NCBI GenBank assembly: GCA_051531975.1
Contig: JAOPTT010000002.1
Span: forward strand, 32,001 to 96,000
DNA length: 64,000 nt
Direction of reading: 5' to 3'
DNA from: Spirochaetaceae bacterium
GTDB lineage: Bacteria > Spirochaetota > Spirochaetia > DSM-2461
Part shown: positions 39,648-50,891 of the stretch, one piece after another
How positions within the stretch are numbered: position 1 is the first letter of the stretch
Layout: each line of letters opens with the position of its first letter
Notes under the pieces: generated by a model
The model's input: the letters and a program-made list of their open reading frames with translations, nothing else
Told to the model about the DNA's origin: nothing
Databases searched by the model: none
Position numbers and translations under genes: made by a program

Positions 39648-40784
39648 TTATTTAATATTATAGTTTTGACATACATTCTTTAGCACACCAATAACATGGT
39701 CTTGCTGTTCTAAACTCATCTCAGGCCAAAGAGGTAAACTTAAACAGTTTTTTGAATTAAGTTCTGAATTGGGGAAATCTCCAATTTTGTAATTTTTATA
39801 CTCATAAGCAGGTTGTAAATGGAGAGGTACAGGATAATGTATACCAGAAGATATTCCTTTATCTCTTAATTTTTCTTTAATTAAATCTCTAAACTCAGAA
39901 TGTATAACATATAAGTGAAAAACGTGACTCTTCTGATCACCTTCCTTTGGGAGTGTTATTTTATTTAAAACAGATAACTGTTCACTATATCTTAAAGCTA
40001 ACTGAACTTTTTTATCAGTAGATTCTCTTAAAAACCTAAGCTTTATCCTTAAAATTGCCGCTTGAATTGTATCAATTCTGAGGTTTGCACCTTCAAATGC
40101 ATGCTCATATTTTTGTCCAGGAAATCTACCATGATTAACATAAGCATGAGCAATTTTGTAAATTTCTTCATTATTTGTAACTAAAGCACCTGCATCTCCA
40201 AATGCTCCAAGATTTTTCCCTGGATAAAATGAAAAAGTCGCAATATCACCCCAACAACCAGGTCCTTTACTCTCTAATATGGCACCATGAGCCTGAGCTG
40301 AATCCTCAATAACTCTAATATCATGTTTATTTGCAATCTTCATGATATCTGTCATATTAGCCATTTTCCCATATAAATGAACTGGAATTATCGCTTTCAC
40401 ATTTGTGTCTTTATTTTTATTTAGATATTCTTCTAACTTAATTGGATCCATGGTCCACGTATCATCATCCACATCAATAAAATCCACAGTAGCACCAACA
40501 AATGTAACAGCTTCAGAAGTTGCTATAAATGTATTTGCAGGTACTAAAACAGTATCGCCATGACCAATATTGAGCACTTTTAATGCTAATACAATTGCAT
40601 CAGTACCATTTGAACAACCAACAGCGTGATTAACATCACAATAGTCTGCAAACTCATCCTCGAATAAAGAAACTTCCTCTCCACCAATAAAACTTGTGTT
40701 CTTAATTAGATTCTCTATTTTTGCCATTACTTCATCATAAATGGGTGATATACTTTCTTTTAAGTTCATAAAAGGAACATTCAT
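39648..40784 (-). CDS. DegT/DnrJ/EryC1/StrS aminotransferase (WbpE/WlbC-like)
   Basis: SNGTDA, PVHLYG, IEDSAQAHGA, FSFYPGKNLGAFGDAG. Confidence 0.9.
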   Translation of the reverse strand: MNVPFMNLKESISPIYDEVMAKIENLIKNTSFIGGEEVSLFEDEFADYCDVNHAVGCSNGTDAIVLALKVLNIGHGDTVLVPANTFIATSEAVTFVGATVDFIDVDDDTWTMDPIKLEEYLNKNKDTNVKAIIPVHLYGKMANMTDIMKIANKHDIRVIEDSAQAHGAILESKGPGCWGDIATFSFYPGKNLGAFGDAGALVTNNEEIYKIAHAYVNHGRFPGQKYEHAFEGANLRIDTIQAAILRIKLRFLRESTDKKVQLALRYSEQLSVLNKITLPKEGDQKSHVFHLYVIHSEFRDLIKEKLRDKGISSGIHYPVPLHLQPAYEYKNYKIGDFPNSELNSKNCLSLPLWPEMSLEQQDHVIGVLKNVCQNYNIK

Positions 40785-41398
40785 TATTTGTACTCCTCAA
40801 TATTTTCTACCATTGATATTTTTTTTCCTGGATTACCAATAATAACTGTATTTTCTTCTACATCTTTAGTTACAACACTTCCTGATCCAATCAAAGCATT
40901 AGCACCAATAATTTTCCCTGGTAAGACAGTTACATTTGCTCCGATTTTAGCATCTTTACAAACTTTTACTCCATCTAATAACTTCTTTACATTATTACCC
41001 TTTGGATAACGTGCATTAGTGAGTACAACATTGGGTCCAATCCAAGAATTTTGTTCCAGCTTTGTAAATTCTGGGATGAATACTTGAGAGTGGATTCTAA
41101 CACCATCAGCAATTGATATTTGATGTTCAATACAACTACCAGTCCCAATACTAACCTTATTTCCTATAATATTATTTTCCCTAATTACAACATGATGTCC
41201 TGTATTAAATGAATTTCCGATTTTATTTCCACTATAAATAATAGTATGACTTCTAATAATAGAATCATGTCCAATTACAGTTTCTAGTTCTCCCAATTTA
41301 GACCCCATAGGGGGTTCACCAATTATGCAAAATGGACCGATTTCAACATTATTTCCAATTACTACATTTGGATAAATTATCGCCGACGGATGAATCAT
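40784..41398 (-). CDS. Hexapeptide N-acetyltransferase (WbpD/WlbB-like)
   Basis: Left-handed beta-helix repeats; WIGPNVVLTNARYP, GSGSVVTKDV. Confidence 0.85.
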   Translation of the reverse strand: MIHPSAIIYPNVVIGNNVEIGPFCIIGEPPMGSKLGELETVIGHDSIIRSHTIIYSGNKIGNSFNTGHHVVIRENNIIGNKVSIGTGSCIEHQISIADGVRIHSQVFIPEFTKLEQNSWIGPNVVLTNARYPKGNNVKKLLDGVKVCKDAKIGANVTVLPGKIIGANALIGSGSVVTKDVEENTVIIGNPGKKISMVENIEEYK

Positions 41399-42456
41399 TG
41401 TTTTTGACCTAATCGACTTTGCCGTGGTTGAAAATGTAAGAAAACTTCTTTCCCGGTCTCAGCAGATTCATATATTGCATTAATTAATTCAATAGATTTA
41501 CGACCCTCGAGACCATCAACAAGAGCTTGTTTATTATTTTTAATACAATCAATTACATGTTCTATATATCTTTGATGTCCAAAACCATATACATTTGGAG
41601 GCATTTCAGCAAACTCATTTAAGACGGATTCGTTTTCACCTTCTTTAGAGTCTATAAAATTCCATGTCTTCATCTGATTAACGGCAAATCCACCAATAAC
41701 TACACTTCCAGCCTCACCAAGAATGGATAATGAGCCTTCTAAATCTTTTGGTCTAGTCGCAGTTGTTGCTTCAACTACACCAAAAGCACCATTTTTAAAT
41801 TGAATGATTGCAACTCCAGTATCCTCAACTTCTATATCTGCAAGAAATGTATTTGTTTTAGCCATTACTGAGACAGGCTCACCCATCATCCATTCAAGTA
41901 AATCGATATGATGGGAGGCTTGATTTGTTAAAGCACCACCATCTAATTCCCAGGTTCCTCTCCAATCATCTTGGTCATAATATGCCTGAGGTCTACACCA
42001 TCTTACACGAACAGTCCCCATAACCATTTTACCAAATCGATCTTCTTCAATAGCTTCTCTTAACTTCATTACAGGTAGATTGTACCGGTTTTGCTTAACA
42101 ACAAATAATCTAACACCATTTTCGTCACAAGCCCTAATCATAGCATCCGTATCTTCAAGTTTAAGTGCCATTGGTTTTTCTACAATAATATTCTTCTTAT
42201 ATTTTTTTGCGATATCAATCGTATGTTGAGCATGTAAACCACTTGGAGTTAATATATTAACAACATCTACATCTTCATTTTTAAGCATCTCATCATAAGA
42301 TGTATAGTATTTTACCCCACTAGCATATTCTGATTGTTTTTTTGCTTTATCTTCATCTAAATCACACATTGCAACTAATTCTGCACCTTTTATAGATTTT
42401 ATTGCATCAATATGTTTTTTCGAAATTCTTCCACAGCCAACTATTGCAAAGTTCAT
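41395..42456 (-). CDS. Gfo/Idh/MocA oxidoreductase (WbpB/WlbA-like UDP-GlcNAcA 3-dehydrogenase)
   Basis: GCGRIS, TPSGLH, EKPMA, VVKQNRYN, WRGTW..DGG...NQASH. Confidence 0.88.
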   Translation of the reverse strand: MNFAIVGCGRISKKHIDAIKSIKGAELVAMCDLDEDKAKKQSEYASGVKYYTSYDEMLKNEDVDVVNILTPSGLHAQHTIDIAKKYKKNIIVEKPMALKLEDTDAMIRACDENGVRLFVVKQNRYNLPVMKLREAIEEDRFGKMVMGTVRVRWCRPQAYYDQDDWRGTWELDGGALTNQASHHIDLLEWMMGEPVSVMAKTNTFLADIEVEDTGVAIIQFKNGAFGVVEATTATRPKDLEGSLSILGEAGSVVIGGFAVNQMKTWNFIDSKEGENESVLNEFAEMPPNVYGFGHQRYIEHVIDCIKNNKQALVDGLEGRKSIELINAIYESAETGKEVFLHFQPRQSRLGQKQ

Positions 42457-42486
42457 ATATTAATCTCCTAATTATTTAATTATTAC

Positions 42487-44058
42487 TTATTTCTTATTTC
42501 TTACCCAAATTTCAGTTTGAAATCCATCCGGATTTTTTGGAGCAAGCCCTTTGTTATGTCTATAAAATTTGTTATAAACAGAACCTGCTAATATAAATTC
42601 ATCTTTAAGAATAATATCCCAATATCTATACCACTCTTTACCTATCCCAAACTCATCTTCACCTTTCATTCTTAATCGACTTCTTTCGCCAACTAAAACA
42701 TAATTTACATTATTATCTTTTAATAAACAAGAAAACTCTTCATCGGATTTTATATCTATAAAAGAAATAGTTTCCATATAGAATTTGTCATTACCTTCTA
42801 ATGCCCATGAAAAATCAAAAGATGTAAAAACTTTTCCTTCTTTTTCTGAAAAATATCCCTTAATGTCTTTTGAATATTGATTATACACCACCCATTGACC
42901 TTTATTATTATTTATATATATAGAAGTATTAGCTGTTATAATTAAACAATACAGCACAACATATATTGATGGTAACAAGACATACCATTTTTTATTATAA
43001 TCTTCTCTCAATTCACCTAAAATAAAAAGTAAAATAAAGTATAATAAAGGAATTAAAAAGTATAAAAATCTAATTCCTCCACCTCTAAATATAATGACTA
43101 GAATATAAACTATAACCCATAATCCCACATACAATAAATTAGAAATAAATTGCTGTTTTTTTGATTTACAAATAAGCACAAGAAATAAAAAGAATACTAA
43201 AATAGAAACACTTCCAATCATAAGATTATATTTTGAAAATTTAAATATTTCAGAAAGAAGATTTATAAATGATGCTAAATATAGTTTAATAGTATTTCCA
43301 GAAGCTAAACTACTAGTCTGAAGACCATCATTTTGAAACAATGAAATCGTTTCGTCCTTGTAAAATAACAATGGTAAAATAAAGAAAATAAAAACAGAAA
43401 GAAATGATATAAACAAAACTTTGATATAATCTATTCTTAATATTTTTTTATTAATTAAAAGTAACGTAATTATAACATAAAATGCAGCGACTGCTGCTAA
43501 TCCATTCCAATATATACCTACAGAAAAACCCCCAAGAATAGATATAATATATAAATATTTAATCTTATGTTTTTCTAAATAATCAAATAATAGTAGAATA
43601 GATATAACTATTGTAGTTTCAAAAATCCAATCAGGGCGGAGAATATGAGATTGCTTTGTGACCACAGTGTCAAATAGAATTAAAATTAAATAAATAAATA
43701 GCCAAAAAATAGAAATATTTCTTTTAAAAAGAAAAGAACCTACACAAACAATTAATAATAAACCAAAAACAAGATTTAAAAAACGTAAACTAAAAATATT
43801 TTTACCAAGAATATTGATGTTTGCTCTTTGCATCACTCTAAATACAACAGGAAATGCACTTTGATGGAGATCATACTCAGTTATATGCCTTATATCATTT
43901 GTTTCTGTATCATTAAACTTTACAGAATAATCGGTATACCACATTTCGTCTCTACTAATCACAAATGAATCATTTTGAATAATCCAGATAGTTGTAAAAA
44001 ATATAATCAGACAGGTTATGGTTATTATTTTTTTTAATTGACTTTTTTGTATGTTCAT
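42487..44058 (-). CDS. GT-C fold membrane glycosyltransferase (ArnT/PMT-like)
   Basis: DE motif after TM1 (SRDEMWY), SLR, RPD, many TMs and a soluble C-terminal domain. Confidence 0.75.
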   Translation of the reverse strand: MNIQKSQLKKIITITCLIIFFTTIWIIQNDSFVISRDEMWYTDYSVKFNDTETNDIRHITEYDLHQSAFPVVFRVMQRANINILGKNIFSLRFLNLVFGLLLIVCVGSFLFKRNISIFWLFIYLILILFDTVVTKQSHILRPDWIFETTIVISILLLFDYLEKHKIKYLYIISILGGFSVGIYWNGLAAVAAFYVIITLLLINKKILRIDYIKVLFISFLSVFIFFILPLLFYKDETISLFQNDGLQTSSLASGNTIKLYLASFINLLSEIFKFSKYNLMIGSVSILVFFLFLVLICKSKKQQFISNLLYVGLWVIVYILVIIFRGGGIRFLYFLIPLLYFILLFILGELREDYNKKWYVLLPSIYVVLYCLIITANTSIYINNNKGQWVVYNQYSKDIKGYFSEKEGKVFTSFDFSWALEGNDKFYMETISFIDIKSDEEFSCLLKDNNVNYVLVGERSRLRMKGEDEFGIGKEWYRYWDIILKDEFILAGSVYNKFYRHNKGLAPKNPDGFQTEIWVRNKK

Positions 44059-44114
44059 ATTGGATATATTTCCCCTTTTTACTCTTTAATATATCTATTA
44101 TTCTTTTGATATAT

Positions 44115-44462
44115 TCAACTTCCAAAACTGTACAAAAGAATTCCGGCAACTGTTATACTCATACCAACAACACGATTTATGGAAATTTGCTCTTTAAAAA
44201 ATATTTTACCTGATATGAAAACTAAAACATAAGTACTCGAAACAATAATATTCGCAATACTAAGTGGTAATATTGAAAAAACTTGTACATTTAATATCGT
44301 CACAGATCCATACAAGATGTATGCACTAATAACAAAAGGATTCAAATATTGATGAAAAATATTTCTATCACTATTATGTAAAGCACCAATCTTTAGTAAT
44401 AATTGGCTAATTGTGAGAAAAAGTGGTAGTAATATTATTATTACAATAAAATCAATTCTCAT
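44115..44462 (-). CDS. Small EamA/SMR-type flippase subunit (ArnE/ArnF-like)
   Basis: About 115 aa, 4 TM, SQLLLK.G, LPLSIA, FFKE. Confidence 0.8.
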   Translation of the reverse strand: MRIDFIVIIILLPLFLTISQLLLKIGALHNSDRNIFHQYLNPFVISAYILYGSVTILNVQVFSILPLSIANIIVSSTYVLVFISGKIFFKEQISINRVVGMSITVAGILLYSFGS

Positions 44463-44853
44463 TTTTACTTCCAATATTCATAACAATAGTACCTACTAAT
44501 ATTAAAAAAGTTCCTACAACCTGTAGAAAAGTTACATTTTCTTTAAAAACTAAAAATGATAATAGTAATATCACAACAAATACAAGACTCATCATAGGAT
44601 AAGCAATTGATAGTGGAATTCTTTTTAAAGCCTGTTGCCATACAATAGCTTGTATCCCTAGTGTAACTATAGATCCAACAAAAAATACATTAATATAACG
44701 ATATATTCCATGTCCATATAAAGCAGCTGATTTACCCAAAAATAGACTTGCAGATTGTGAAAGCACAGCAATTAAAACAAAAACATAGTCTAATTTCCTT
44801 ATCATTATTTTGTCATCAACATTCTTTTTAACTCTAGATATTTTGTTAAACAT
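44452..44853 (-). CDS. Small EamA/SMR-type flippase subunit (ArnE/ArnF-like)
   Basis: W..ALKRIPLSIAYPMMSL, FKE.V; 4 TM. Confidence 0.82.
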   Translation of the reverse strand: MFNKISRVKKNVDDKIMIRKLDYVFVLIAVLSQSASLFLGKSAALYGHGIYRYINVFFVGSIVTLGIQAIVWQQALKRIPLSIAYPMMSLVFVVILLLSFLVFKENVTFLQVVGTFLILVGTIVMNIGSKNEN

Positions 44854-44900
44854 TACAAATCCTTTTTAAGATAACTGTATAAATTTTAATTATTATAGTT

Positions 44901-45443
44901 TTATCTAATTGAAATATTTCTTGACTTTATTATTTTAGCAGGAATACCAGCTACTATACTGTAAGGAGGGAAATCTTTAGTTACAACACTATTTGCAGAA
45001 ATGACACAACCTTCTCCAATAGTAATTCCTTGCAGAATTATTGAATTAGCACAAATCCAAACATCTTTTTCGATTATGATATTACCTGCGGTATCAGGTA
45101 TATCTAAATATTTGTAGTCATGTCCAGCACCATAGAATTTTACATTAGGAGAAATTACTACATTATCCTTTATTATAATATTACAATTAATATTTAAAGA
45201 GGTATAAAGTTCAGTACCTCTATTAATTGATACATTATCTCCAATACTAATTTTTTTCATGTAACGAAAATATGTTTTGTAGTCAATTTGTGTGTTTTTT
45301 CCTACATGTGAAAAGCAGCTTTTAAAAAATAGAAGTCGAATAAAATGAGGTAGTAAATCCAGTAATCCAAAAAAAATATTATGGAAATATGAAAATAAAA
45401 GAAAAATATCTTTGGGGAATTTTCTTATTAAAAATTTTAACAT
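44901..45443 (-). CDS. Hexapeptide acyltransferase (maltose O-acetyltransferase-like)
   Basis: DVWICANSIILQGITIG...VVTKD.PPYSIVAGIPAK. Confidence 0.88.
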   Translation of the reverse strand: MLKFLIRKFPKDIFLLFSYFHNIFFGLLDLLPHFIRLLFFKSCFSHVGKNTQIDYKTYFRYMKKISIGDNVSINRGTELYTSLNINCNIIIKDNVVISPNVKFYGAGHDYKYLDIPDTAGNIIIEKDVWICANSIILQGITIGEGCVISANSVVTKDFPPYSIVAGIPAKIIKSRNISIR

Positions 45444-45445
45444 GC

Positions 45446-46375
45446 TTAATTCCTTTTACTCGTATCTTCACTTATGATAAATATAGGTCTATTTTTCGTC
45501 TGCTCAAATATTTTTGATATATAAAGTCCAACAACTCCAAGTATTAAAATAGTAAGACCACCTAAAAACCACATTGATATAACCATTGTAGCCCATCCTT
45601 GAACTAAAAACAGGCCTTTTAATGCTCCAATAAAATAAAACAGTCCAATAATTACAGCCACTACAGACAAAAAAAGACCAATGTTTACAGTTATTTTTAA
45701 TGGCTTATTTGAAAAAGAAATCATACTATTTAATGCCAAAGATACTGACTTTCTGAAGGTGTAAGTTGTTTCACCTATTTCACGCATTGAATGTTCTACA
45801 TCTACTTTTGCAGTCTTGAATCCAACCCAGTTTACAAATAATTGAAATGATCGAGACATATCTCCCATTGAAAGTACTGCTTCAATGACTTTTTTGTTAT
45901 AACATCCAAAATTTGCAATAGTTGAATCGTATTTCTGCCCGGTTAATTTACTCATCGTATAATAAAATAATCTTGAAGACATTTTCTTTATTATATTATC
46001 TTTTCTATCAACACGTCTTGCTAAAACAACATCAAAACCTTCGTTTGATTTTGCTATCAATTTAGGAATTTCCTCAGGTCTATCCTGTAAGTCTCCATCC
46101 ATTACGACAACTTTATCACCTTTAATAACAGACAAACCAGCTGTAATTGCGGCATGTTGACCAAAATTTCTAGAAAGATTCAAACCTCTAACATTTACAA
46201 AATCATTAGTTAGCTTTTGTATGATTTCCCAAGAGTTTTCTGGGCAACAGTCGTTAACAAGAATCAACTCCCAAGAGATATTTTTATCAGTTAAAGATTC
46301 ATCTAATCTCTCCCGTAAAATTTCTATGGTTCCAGCACATTTATAAACGGGAACAACTATTGATAGATCATACAT
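45446..46375 (-). CDS. Polyprenol-phosphate glycosyltransferase, GT2 (GtrB/ArnC-like)
   Basis: LSRNFGQHAA, MDGDLQDRPE, two C-terminal TMs, K.RP.F. Confidence 0.9.
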   Translation of the reverse strand: MYDLSIVVPVYKCAGTIEILRERLDESLTDKNISWELILVNDCCPENSWEIIQKLTNDFVNVRGLNLSRNFGQHAAITAGLSVIKGDKVVVMDGDLQDRPEEIPKLIAKSNEGFDVVLARRVDRKDNIIKKMSSRLFYYTMSKLTGQKYDSTIANFGCYNKKVIEAVLSMGDMSRSFQLFVNWVGFKTAKVDVEHSMREIGETTYTFRKSVSLALNSMISFSNKPLKITVNIGLFLSVVAVIIGLFYFIGALKGLFLVQGWATMVISMWFLGGLTILILGVVGLYISKIFEQTKNRPIFIISEDTSKRN

Positions 46376-46422
46376 ACCGATTTCCTTCTTTAATTAATGT
46401 TATTTTAGTGTTAAATATGTAA

Positions 46423-47556
46423 TTAAAATGAGCTTAAAACATCTTTTATTTCTTCAATTAAACCTTCAAGTCCATTTTCAAAAAGTTCATAGTAAAGAGG
46501 TAGCCTAACCAATGTGTCAGTATATCTATCTGATTCTATCAACTTCCTTCCATCATGTTTTGAATTATAATATTCACTGCTATGTAGAGAAATATAATGA
46601 AACACTGTTGATATATTTCTTTCTTTTAATCTTGAAATAAATTCTGTTCTCTGGTTATTACTATTAAATGTTAAATAAAACATATGTGCATTATTAGTAC
46701 TAAAATCCGGTATAATTGGTAATTCAATAACACCTTTACCATCAAAGACCTTTAAAGATTCATAATACTTATTCCAAATATTTATACGTGTTTGTTGTAT
46801 ATTTTCTATTTCTTCTAGTTGAGCAAATAGAAAAGCTGCTACTATTTCAGATGGTAAAAATGATGAACCAGTATCAACCCAACCATATTTATTTATTTCT
46901 CCACGGAAAAACTCTGCACGATTGGTTCCTTTCTCCCAAAGAATTTCAGCTCGTTTAATAAAACGATCATCATTAATGATAAGAAGACCACCCTCACCAC
47001 ACTGAATATTTTTAGTTTCATGAAACGAAAATGTTCCTAAATGTCCGATACCACCAAGAGATTTATTTTTATATTTACCATCTATAGCTTGAGCTGCATC
47101 CTCAATAACAAAAATTTCATTTCTGTTAGCAATTTCCATTATTTTGTCCATATCACAAGCTATACCAGCATAATGAACTATTACTATAGCTTTAGTTTTC
47201 TCTGTAATAAGTTCCTCAATAGTTTCTTCATCAATACCTGGTCTATCTTTTCTACTATCAGCAAATTTAATAATAGCTCCTTCTCTTACAAAAGCTAAAG
47301 CTGTAGAAACAAATGTATATGAGGGAATAATCACTTCATCCCCCGGTTTTATATCTAAAAGCAATGCACACATTTCGAGAGCGTCAGTACACGATGTTGT
47401 TAACAATGTTTTGTTAAAACTATATCTATCTTTAAAGAATTCTTGACACTTATTTGTATACTTTCCATTTCCAGAAATATGACCAGTAAGAACACTTTGT
47501 TCTATATTATATAATTCTTTTCCTGCCAAGTAAGGCTTATTAAATGGTATAAACAT
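46423..47556 (-). CDS. wecE: dTDP-4-amino-4,6-dideoxygalactose transaminase
   Basis: IPFNKP, TSCTDALEM, FSFHETKN, EKGTNR..F.RG...KY.W, NAHMFY, VFHY. Confidence 0.92.
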   Translation of the reverse strand: MFIPFNKPYLAGKELYNIEQSVLTGHISGNGKYTNKCQEFFKDRYSFNKTLLTTSCTDALEMCALLLDIKPGDEVIIPSYTFVSTALAFVREGAIIKFADSRKDRPGIDEETIEELITEKTKAIVIVHYAGIACDMDKIMEIANRNEIFVIEDAAQAIDGKYKNKSLGGIGHLGTFSFHETKNIQCGEGGLLIINDDRFIKRAEILWEKGTNRAEFFRGEINKYGWVDTGSSFLPSEIVAAFLFAQLEEIENIQQTRINIWNKYYESLKVFDGKGVIELPIIPDFSTNNAHMFYLTFNSNNQRTEFISRLKERNISTVFHYISLHSSEYYNSKHDGRKLIESDRYTDTLVRLPLYYELFENGLEGLIEEIKDVLSSF

Positions 47557-48252
47557 TTATTTCTCCTTTTCAACCCACAAATGATGAATATATTCTTTTT
47601 TCACTTCTAAAAAACCATTTTTTTCATAAAAGTTGCATGCGGCTTTATTATTTCCTTGAGTTACCACTTCAACATGAACAATACCTTTACTTATAAAATA
47701 TTCAAAAGATTTGTTTAATAAATCTCTAGCAATGCCATAACCTCTCCATTGTTCATCAATTGCTAATAACCCAATTACTCCTTCTTTATCTTTTGCTTTA
47801 AGAGTAATAAAACCAACAATAATTGATTTTATTTTTACAACATATACAATATCTGCCAATACTTTATTTATAGATTTTAAAAACCATTGCTTGTACATCT
47901 CATAATATTTTTCATTAGATATGTTAGAATCTAAATAGAAACGAGAATAAACACCACTTTGATAAACTAAAGGCAATATACTCTCATTATAGTTGCTGAT
48001 ACCATATTCTTCAACATTTGAGTTTAGGGTTGATTTTGTGGGTAATAAAAGTCTTTTATAAGTTATCTTTATATCATTTGTTATTACATCTGCCCCGAAT
48101 GGAAAGTTAGAATATAAATAAAGAAGCTGAACTCTATTAATAATTGCATTTGATAAAATTAATGAATAGCTTTTTTGGTCAGTTAATTCTTCTTGTGCAA
48201 CTTTCATACCAAAAAAATCACTATCCCATTCCAGAATATTCATTATAATCAC
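47557..48252 (-). CDS. wecD: dTDP-fucosamine acetyltransferase (GNAT)
   Basis: LEWDSDFFG, SRF, IGLLA, RG.G, VVTQ..N..A..FY; adjacent to wecE. Confidence 0.8.
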   Translation of the reverse strand: MIIMNILEWDSDFFGMKVAQEELTDQKSYSLILSNAIINRVQLLYLYSNFPFGADVITNDIKITYKRLLLPTKSTLNSNVEEYGISNYNESILPLVYQSGVYSRFYLDSNISNEKYYEMYKQWFLKSINKVLADIVYVVKIKSIIVGFITLKAKDKEGVIGLLAIDEQWRGYGIARDLLNKSFEYFISKGIVHVEVVTQGNNKAACNFYEKNGFLEVKKEYIHHLWVEKEK

Positions 48253-48341
48253 CTCTTTAATTTTATATTATTTTTCTCATATATATTTTCATAGTATCTC
48301 TAATAACCAGTAGAAGCTATTCCATAAAATACACTTTCTTT

Positions 48342-49268
48342 TTATATATTATCCAAATACCAATTATAGACTCTTTTTATACCATCTTTAAGATTAATTT
48401 CATGCTTCCAGTTTGTTCCGTGTAGCAATGAGACATCTAATAATTTTCTTGGGGTTCCATCGGGTTTACTTGTATCATTAATGATCTTCCCTTGATAACC
48501 AACAACTTTTTTGATTATTTCGGCTAATTCTCTAATTTCTACATCTTCACCAGTTCCGACATTAACATGAATCTCAGCTGAGTATGTTTTAATTAAATGA
48601 ATGCAAGCGTCTGAAAGGTCATCAACATAAAGAAACTCTCTTTTAGGTTTACCAGTTCCCCACATTACGACTACAGGTGTTTTATTAATTTTTGCTTCAT
48701 GAAACTTTCTAATCAGGGCAGGTAAAACATGAGATGTTTCAAGATCAAAATTATCATTTATACCATAAAGATTAGTAGGCATTGCAGATATAAAATCACA
48801 TCCATACTGCTTTCTATAGAACTTACATAATTCTATACCCGTAATTTTTGCAACAGCATATGCCTCGTTTGTTTTCTCTAGTAGCCCAGTTAACAAAGAC
48901 TCTTCCTTTATAGGCTGTTCAGCAAATTTAGGGTAAATACACGAACTTCCTAAAAAGAGTAACTTTGTAACTTTATTTAAGTAGGAAGCATGAATAACAT
49001 TAGCTTCTATCATTAGGTTATCATATAAAAACTCAGCAGGATATGTATCATTAGCATATATACCACCGACTTTAGCTGCGGCTAAAATAACATAATCGGG
49101 TTTTTCTTCCTCAAAAAAAATATTTACAGCTGCTTGATTCCTTAAATCCAACTCTTTTGAACTTCTAAAAACAAGATTATCGTACCCTTGTGCCTTAAGT
49201 CCACGAACTAATGCAGAACCAACCATACCATTGTGCCCTGCTATATATATTTTACTATTAAAATCCAT
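48342..49268 (-). CDS. fcl: GDP-L-fucose synthase
   Basis: [42 protein letters not shown]. Confidence 0.95.
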   Translation of the reverse strand: MDFNSKIYIAGHNGMVGSALVRGLKAQGYDNLVFRSSKELDLRNQAAVNIFFEEEKPDYVILAAAKVGGIYANDTYPAEFLYDNLMIEANVIHASYLNKVTKLLFLGSSCIYPKFAEQPIKEESLLTGLLEKTNEAYAVAKITGIELCKFYRKQYGCDFISAMPTNLYGINDNFDLETSHVLPALIRKFHEAKINKTPVVVMWGTGKPKREFLYVDDLSDACIHLIKTYSAEIHVNVGTGEDVEIRELAEIIKKVVGYQGKIINDTSKPDGTPRKLLDVSLLHGTNWKHEINLKDGIKRVYNWYLDNI

Positions 49269-49283
49269 TTTTTTTCCTAATTC

Positions 49284-50363
49284 TTAATCGAAGTTCTTTT
49301 TTATAGTCTCTTCTTTCTTCGCGAGTTTTAAATCAGAAGTAACCATTATCTTAACTAATTCATCAAAAGATGTAGCTGTTGGGTTCCAACCAAGTACATC
49401 TCTTGCTTTTGATGGGTCACCTAGTAGTTGCTCAACTTCAGTTGGTCTAAAGTATTTAGGATCTACTTCCACTAAAATCTTACCAGTTTTGATATCAATT
49501 CCCTTTTCATCAACACCTTTTCCTTCCCATTTTAATTCTATACCAGCTTCTTTAAAGGCTGAAGTTACAAATTTTCTAACAGTATGCATTTCTCCAGTCG
49601 CTATTACAAAATCTTCAGGTTTATCATGTTGCAACATTAACCACATACATTCTACATAATCTTTTGCATAACCCCAATCTCTTTGGGCATCCATATTTCC
49701 TAAATAAAGTTTATCTTGCTTACCTAATGAGATTCTTGCAACTGCTAAAGTAATCTTACGTGTTACAAAAGTTTCACCACGTCTTTCTGACTCATGATTA
49801 AAAAGAATACCATTTACAGCAAACATATTGTATGCTTCTCGGTAATTTTTAGTTATCCAAAAACCATACATTTTTGCCACAGCATATGGACTTCGCGGAT
49901 AAAAAGGAGTTGTTTCGGATTGAGGGACCTCTTGAACTTTACCATAAAGCTCTGATGTAGATGCTTGGTAAATTCTGGTTTTCTTTTCAAAACCTAAAAA
50001 CCTCACAGCTTCTAGCAATCTCAAAGTACCAATACCATCGGTATCAGCCGTATATTCAGGAACCTCAAAGGATACTTGAACATGTGATTGGGCAGCCAAA
50101 TTATATATCTCATCTGGTTCTATTTCTCTAATAAGTCTAATTAAGTTAGTAGAATCAGTCATATCACCATAATGCAATTGAACTTTTCTTTTACCATGCA
50201 TATCTTTAATAAGTTCATCTATATATAAGTGTTCAATTCTACCAGTATTAAAACTTGAACTTCTTCTAATAATTCCATGAACCTCATACCCCTTCTCCAA
50301 CAGAAATTCTGCTAGATATGAACCATCCTGACCTGTGATACCTGTAATTAACACTACCTTCAT
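49284..50363 (-). CDS. gmd: GDP-mannose 4,6-dehydratase
   Basis: [41 protein letters not shown]. Confidence 0.96.
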   Translation of the reverse strand: MKVVLITGITGQDGSYLAEFLLEKGYEVHGIIRRSSSFNTGRIEHLYIDELIKDMHGKRKVQLHYGDMTDSTNLIRLIREIEPDEIYNLAAQSHVQVSFEVPEYTADTDGIGTLRLLEAVRFLGFEKKTRIYQASTSELYGKVQEVPQSETTPFYPRSPYAVAKMYGFWITKNYREAYNMFAVNGILFNHESERRGETFVTRKITLAVARISLGKQDKLYLGNMDAQRDWGYAKDYVECMWLMLQHDKPEDFVIATGEMHTVRKFVTSAFKEAGIELKWEGKGVDEKGIDIKTGKILVEVDPKYFRPTEVEQLLGDPSKARDVLGWNPTATSFDELVKIMVTSDLKLAKKEETIKKNFD

Positions 50364-50375
50364 TTACTATCCTCT

Positions 50376-50876
50376 CTAAAATGTGGCTGTTACTAAATAC
50401 GAGTCTAAAACTTCTATATTTAATTCATCAGCATATATATTTTTAGTTTCTTTATTATTAATTTCTTTTCTATCTGTTGTTAGCACGATGTTATTAATCC
50501 CACAACTATATTCTAATAAAAACAAGAGATCACTATCCCCAATAAGATTTATAGATGTATAATTTTCTTCTTTTAGGTTTTTTACAATTATATTTATTGA
50601 TTCGTTAAAAACAATTACGTTTTTAATAGTACTTTTTAAGAAATCACTTCCCCTTTTTTTTATAGCGGATAATCCTTTTATGGTCAAAAGATACCTAATA
50701 TGTTTAGGAGATATTTGCTTTGTTTTTAAAAGCCCTTTATCTATCATTTTTTTAATTATAGTGTTTGTCATACCTAGAGATACACCAGCTATTTTTGCAA
50801 TATCTCGTTGTCTAATAGTATCTTGACCATCTTTAATAGATTTTAATATTAGGTATTCTCTCTCTTCTTTTGTCAT
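50376..50876 (-). CDS. MarR-like winged-helix regulator (EPS-associated type)
   Basis: QRDIA...GVSLGMTN..IK...KG...YLLT.KG. Confidence 0.85.
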   Translation of the reverse strand: MTKEEREYLILKSIKDGQDTIRQRDIAKIAGVSLGMTNTIIKKMIDKGLLKTKQISPKHIRYLLTIKGLSAIKKRGSDFLKSTIKNVIVFNESINIIVKNLKEENYTSINLIGDSDLLFLLEYSCGINNIVLTTDRKEINNKETKNIYADELNIEVLDSYLVTATF

Positions 50877-50891
50877 TATATCTTCTCATTC

